Assembly: GCA_964247055.1 (NCBI GenBank)
Contig: OZ176053.1
Coordinates: forward strand, 2,356,001-2,420,000
Direction of reading: 5' to 3'
DNA: 64,000 nt
Source: Paragordius varius
Taxonomy: Eukaryota; Animalia; Nematomorpha
Made by a program: the position numbers and the translations under genes. Positions 63,101-64,000 of the stretch are shown piece by piece. Position 1 is the stretch's first letter. Each line of letters opens with the position of its first letter. Under the pieces are notes generated by a model. The model saw only the letters and a program-made list of their open reading frames with translations. It was not told where the DNA came from and searched no databases.

Positions 63101-63957
63101 TTGCAAAATATACCATTTTTTTCTGTTTATATTAATGTTAATAATTTTAATAAAAAATAAACTTAATTTTAGCCTTAGAATCAAATATGCACTATATTTT
63201 GCAAAAATATTGTAAAAAATGGCTTCGAAGTAGTTTGAAAATAAATTTTATTTAGATATTGTGGCTTATTATATAATTTCCAGGATAGTAGCATAAAAAT
63301 AGCTACCGTTTCTTTCTGTAGTTTTTAAAAATATCAACTTTAATATTGTCTGCGGTATTAGATACCCCAATTCGAATCGAAGTGGTAATGAAAAATGCAT
63401 TAAGTGGAAAAAAATTATTAAGTGTTATTATTCTGACTCAAAAAACTATCGAAATATCGTGGAATAATCATGAATTAATTACACAGAAGATTAATAATTA
63501 AATTGAATTTTTAAAATAAATTGTCAACATGTTTGAACGCTTTAAATACTAGGAGGGTTTTAACACATTAATTACCTATATAGTTAAATAAAATTCAATT
63601 TTTACTCAAAATCTTAAATTATTCTTTCGTATTTTACCCTAATATTAATAGATATGAAATTAATCAACCATATTGATTAAAAATTATATATATATATAAT
63701 ATCTCATAGGATTTTGAAACTAGCCTTACCCTACTACAAGCCTGTGAACAGGAGTTAGTAACGTTTCAGGAAACTTATAAAGCTGCAAATAGTCAGAAAG
63801 ATGTGTCACAAGTACACACGGATCCCTTGTTAATTAGTTCTTCACGCCTTTGTAAACTTATTCGATGGGAAATTTTGCTGAATCATATCCAAAAACAATT
63901 GTTAACGTGCGAAAATATGGATAATACCAACCAAAAATGTACTATATTAACTTCCAA
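56920..63957 (+). CDS. INTS8: Integrator complex subunit 8, 5' part; continues beyond window end
   Basis: Exons 56920-57013, 57037-57120, 57142-57241, 57264-57398, 57430-57495, 57551-57608, 57743-58123, 58786-58959, 59042-59193, 59889-60036, 60396-60774, 61413-61552, 61889-61999, 63710-63957. Motifs NWFDYLL, NWDIKYL, IIQDSFP, FLGYCLAC, QLKYQLI, LLLAKA and DFETSLTLLQAC are collinear with recalled human INTS8 CWFEFLL, KWDLDIL, IVQSSFP, LAGYCQAC, QLEHQLI, ILMAKG and DFSHAKQLFAAC. Confidence 0.88.
58154..58450. mobile_element. hAT (Buster-type) MITE in INTS8 intron
   Basis: CAGGGGGTATCCAACA ... TGTTGGCCACCCCTG; degenerate TSD CTTTATAC / CCCTATAC. Confidence 0.75.
60042..60102. repeat. (TA)n microsatellite just after an INTS8 donor site
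   Basis: AT run with one G interruption. Confidence 0.95.
62101..62629 (+). mobile_element. Internally deleted, 3'-truncated copy of the 53565 Helitron
   Basis: Same A|TCTATATATTTATAAAAA start and ggctttgtgatctgtttccggaaaaccggtagacccattcaaatc block; jumps to the 3' region and lacks the hairpin and CTAG. Confidence 0.8.
62900..63384 (+). mobile_element. TTAA MITE, copy 5 (5'-truncated)
   Basis: attcaaattgggtagttggataccc ... gataccccaattcgaatcgaagtg. Confidence 0.72.
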
Positions 63958-64000
63958 GTATGCAGTTTATTAAATTTATTTTTTGATTTTGGGTTAGTTT

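Overview
Very AT-rich animal genomic DNA. The taxon cannot be fixed from sequence alone, and all exon models below were spliced by hand. Host genes: the 5' part of a diverged ACAD9-like gene (minus, runs off the window start); a 201-aa four-TM LAPTM/Mtp-like gene; two divergently transcribed, apparently paralogous LEA-like 11-mer-repeat genes (one with a predicted mitochondrial presequence, one without); PAPSS (minus, 11 coding exons mapped, start exon not found); an EVA-1/EVA1C-like two-SUEL-lectin receptor; and the 5' part of INTS8 (plus, runs off the window end). Mobile DNA: a full-length but disrupted Mag-like Ty3/Gypsy element, a hAT-Blackjack element carrying a nested Charlie/Buster hAT that itself carries a TTAA MITE, several hAT MITEs, a non-autonomous Helitron, and kb-scale foldbacks. 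Two observations stand out. First, eight GT-AG micro-introns of 21-31 nt are required to restore ACAD9, PAPSS and INTS8; they cluster near the 5' ends while downstream introns are mostly hundreds of bp. Second, the head-to-head LEA-like pair may be a two-compartment (mitochondrial plus cytosolic) stress-protection module. No rRNA, tRNA or CRISPR was recognised.
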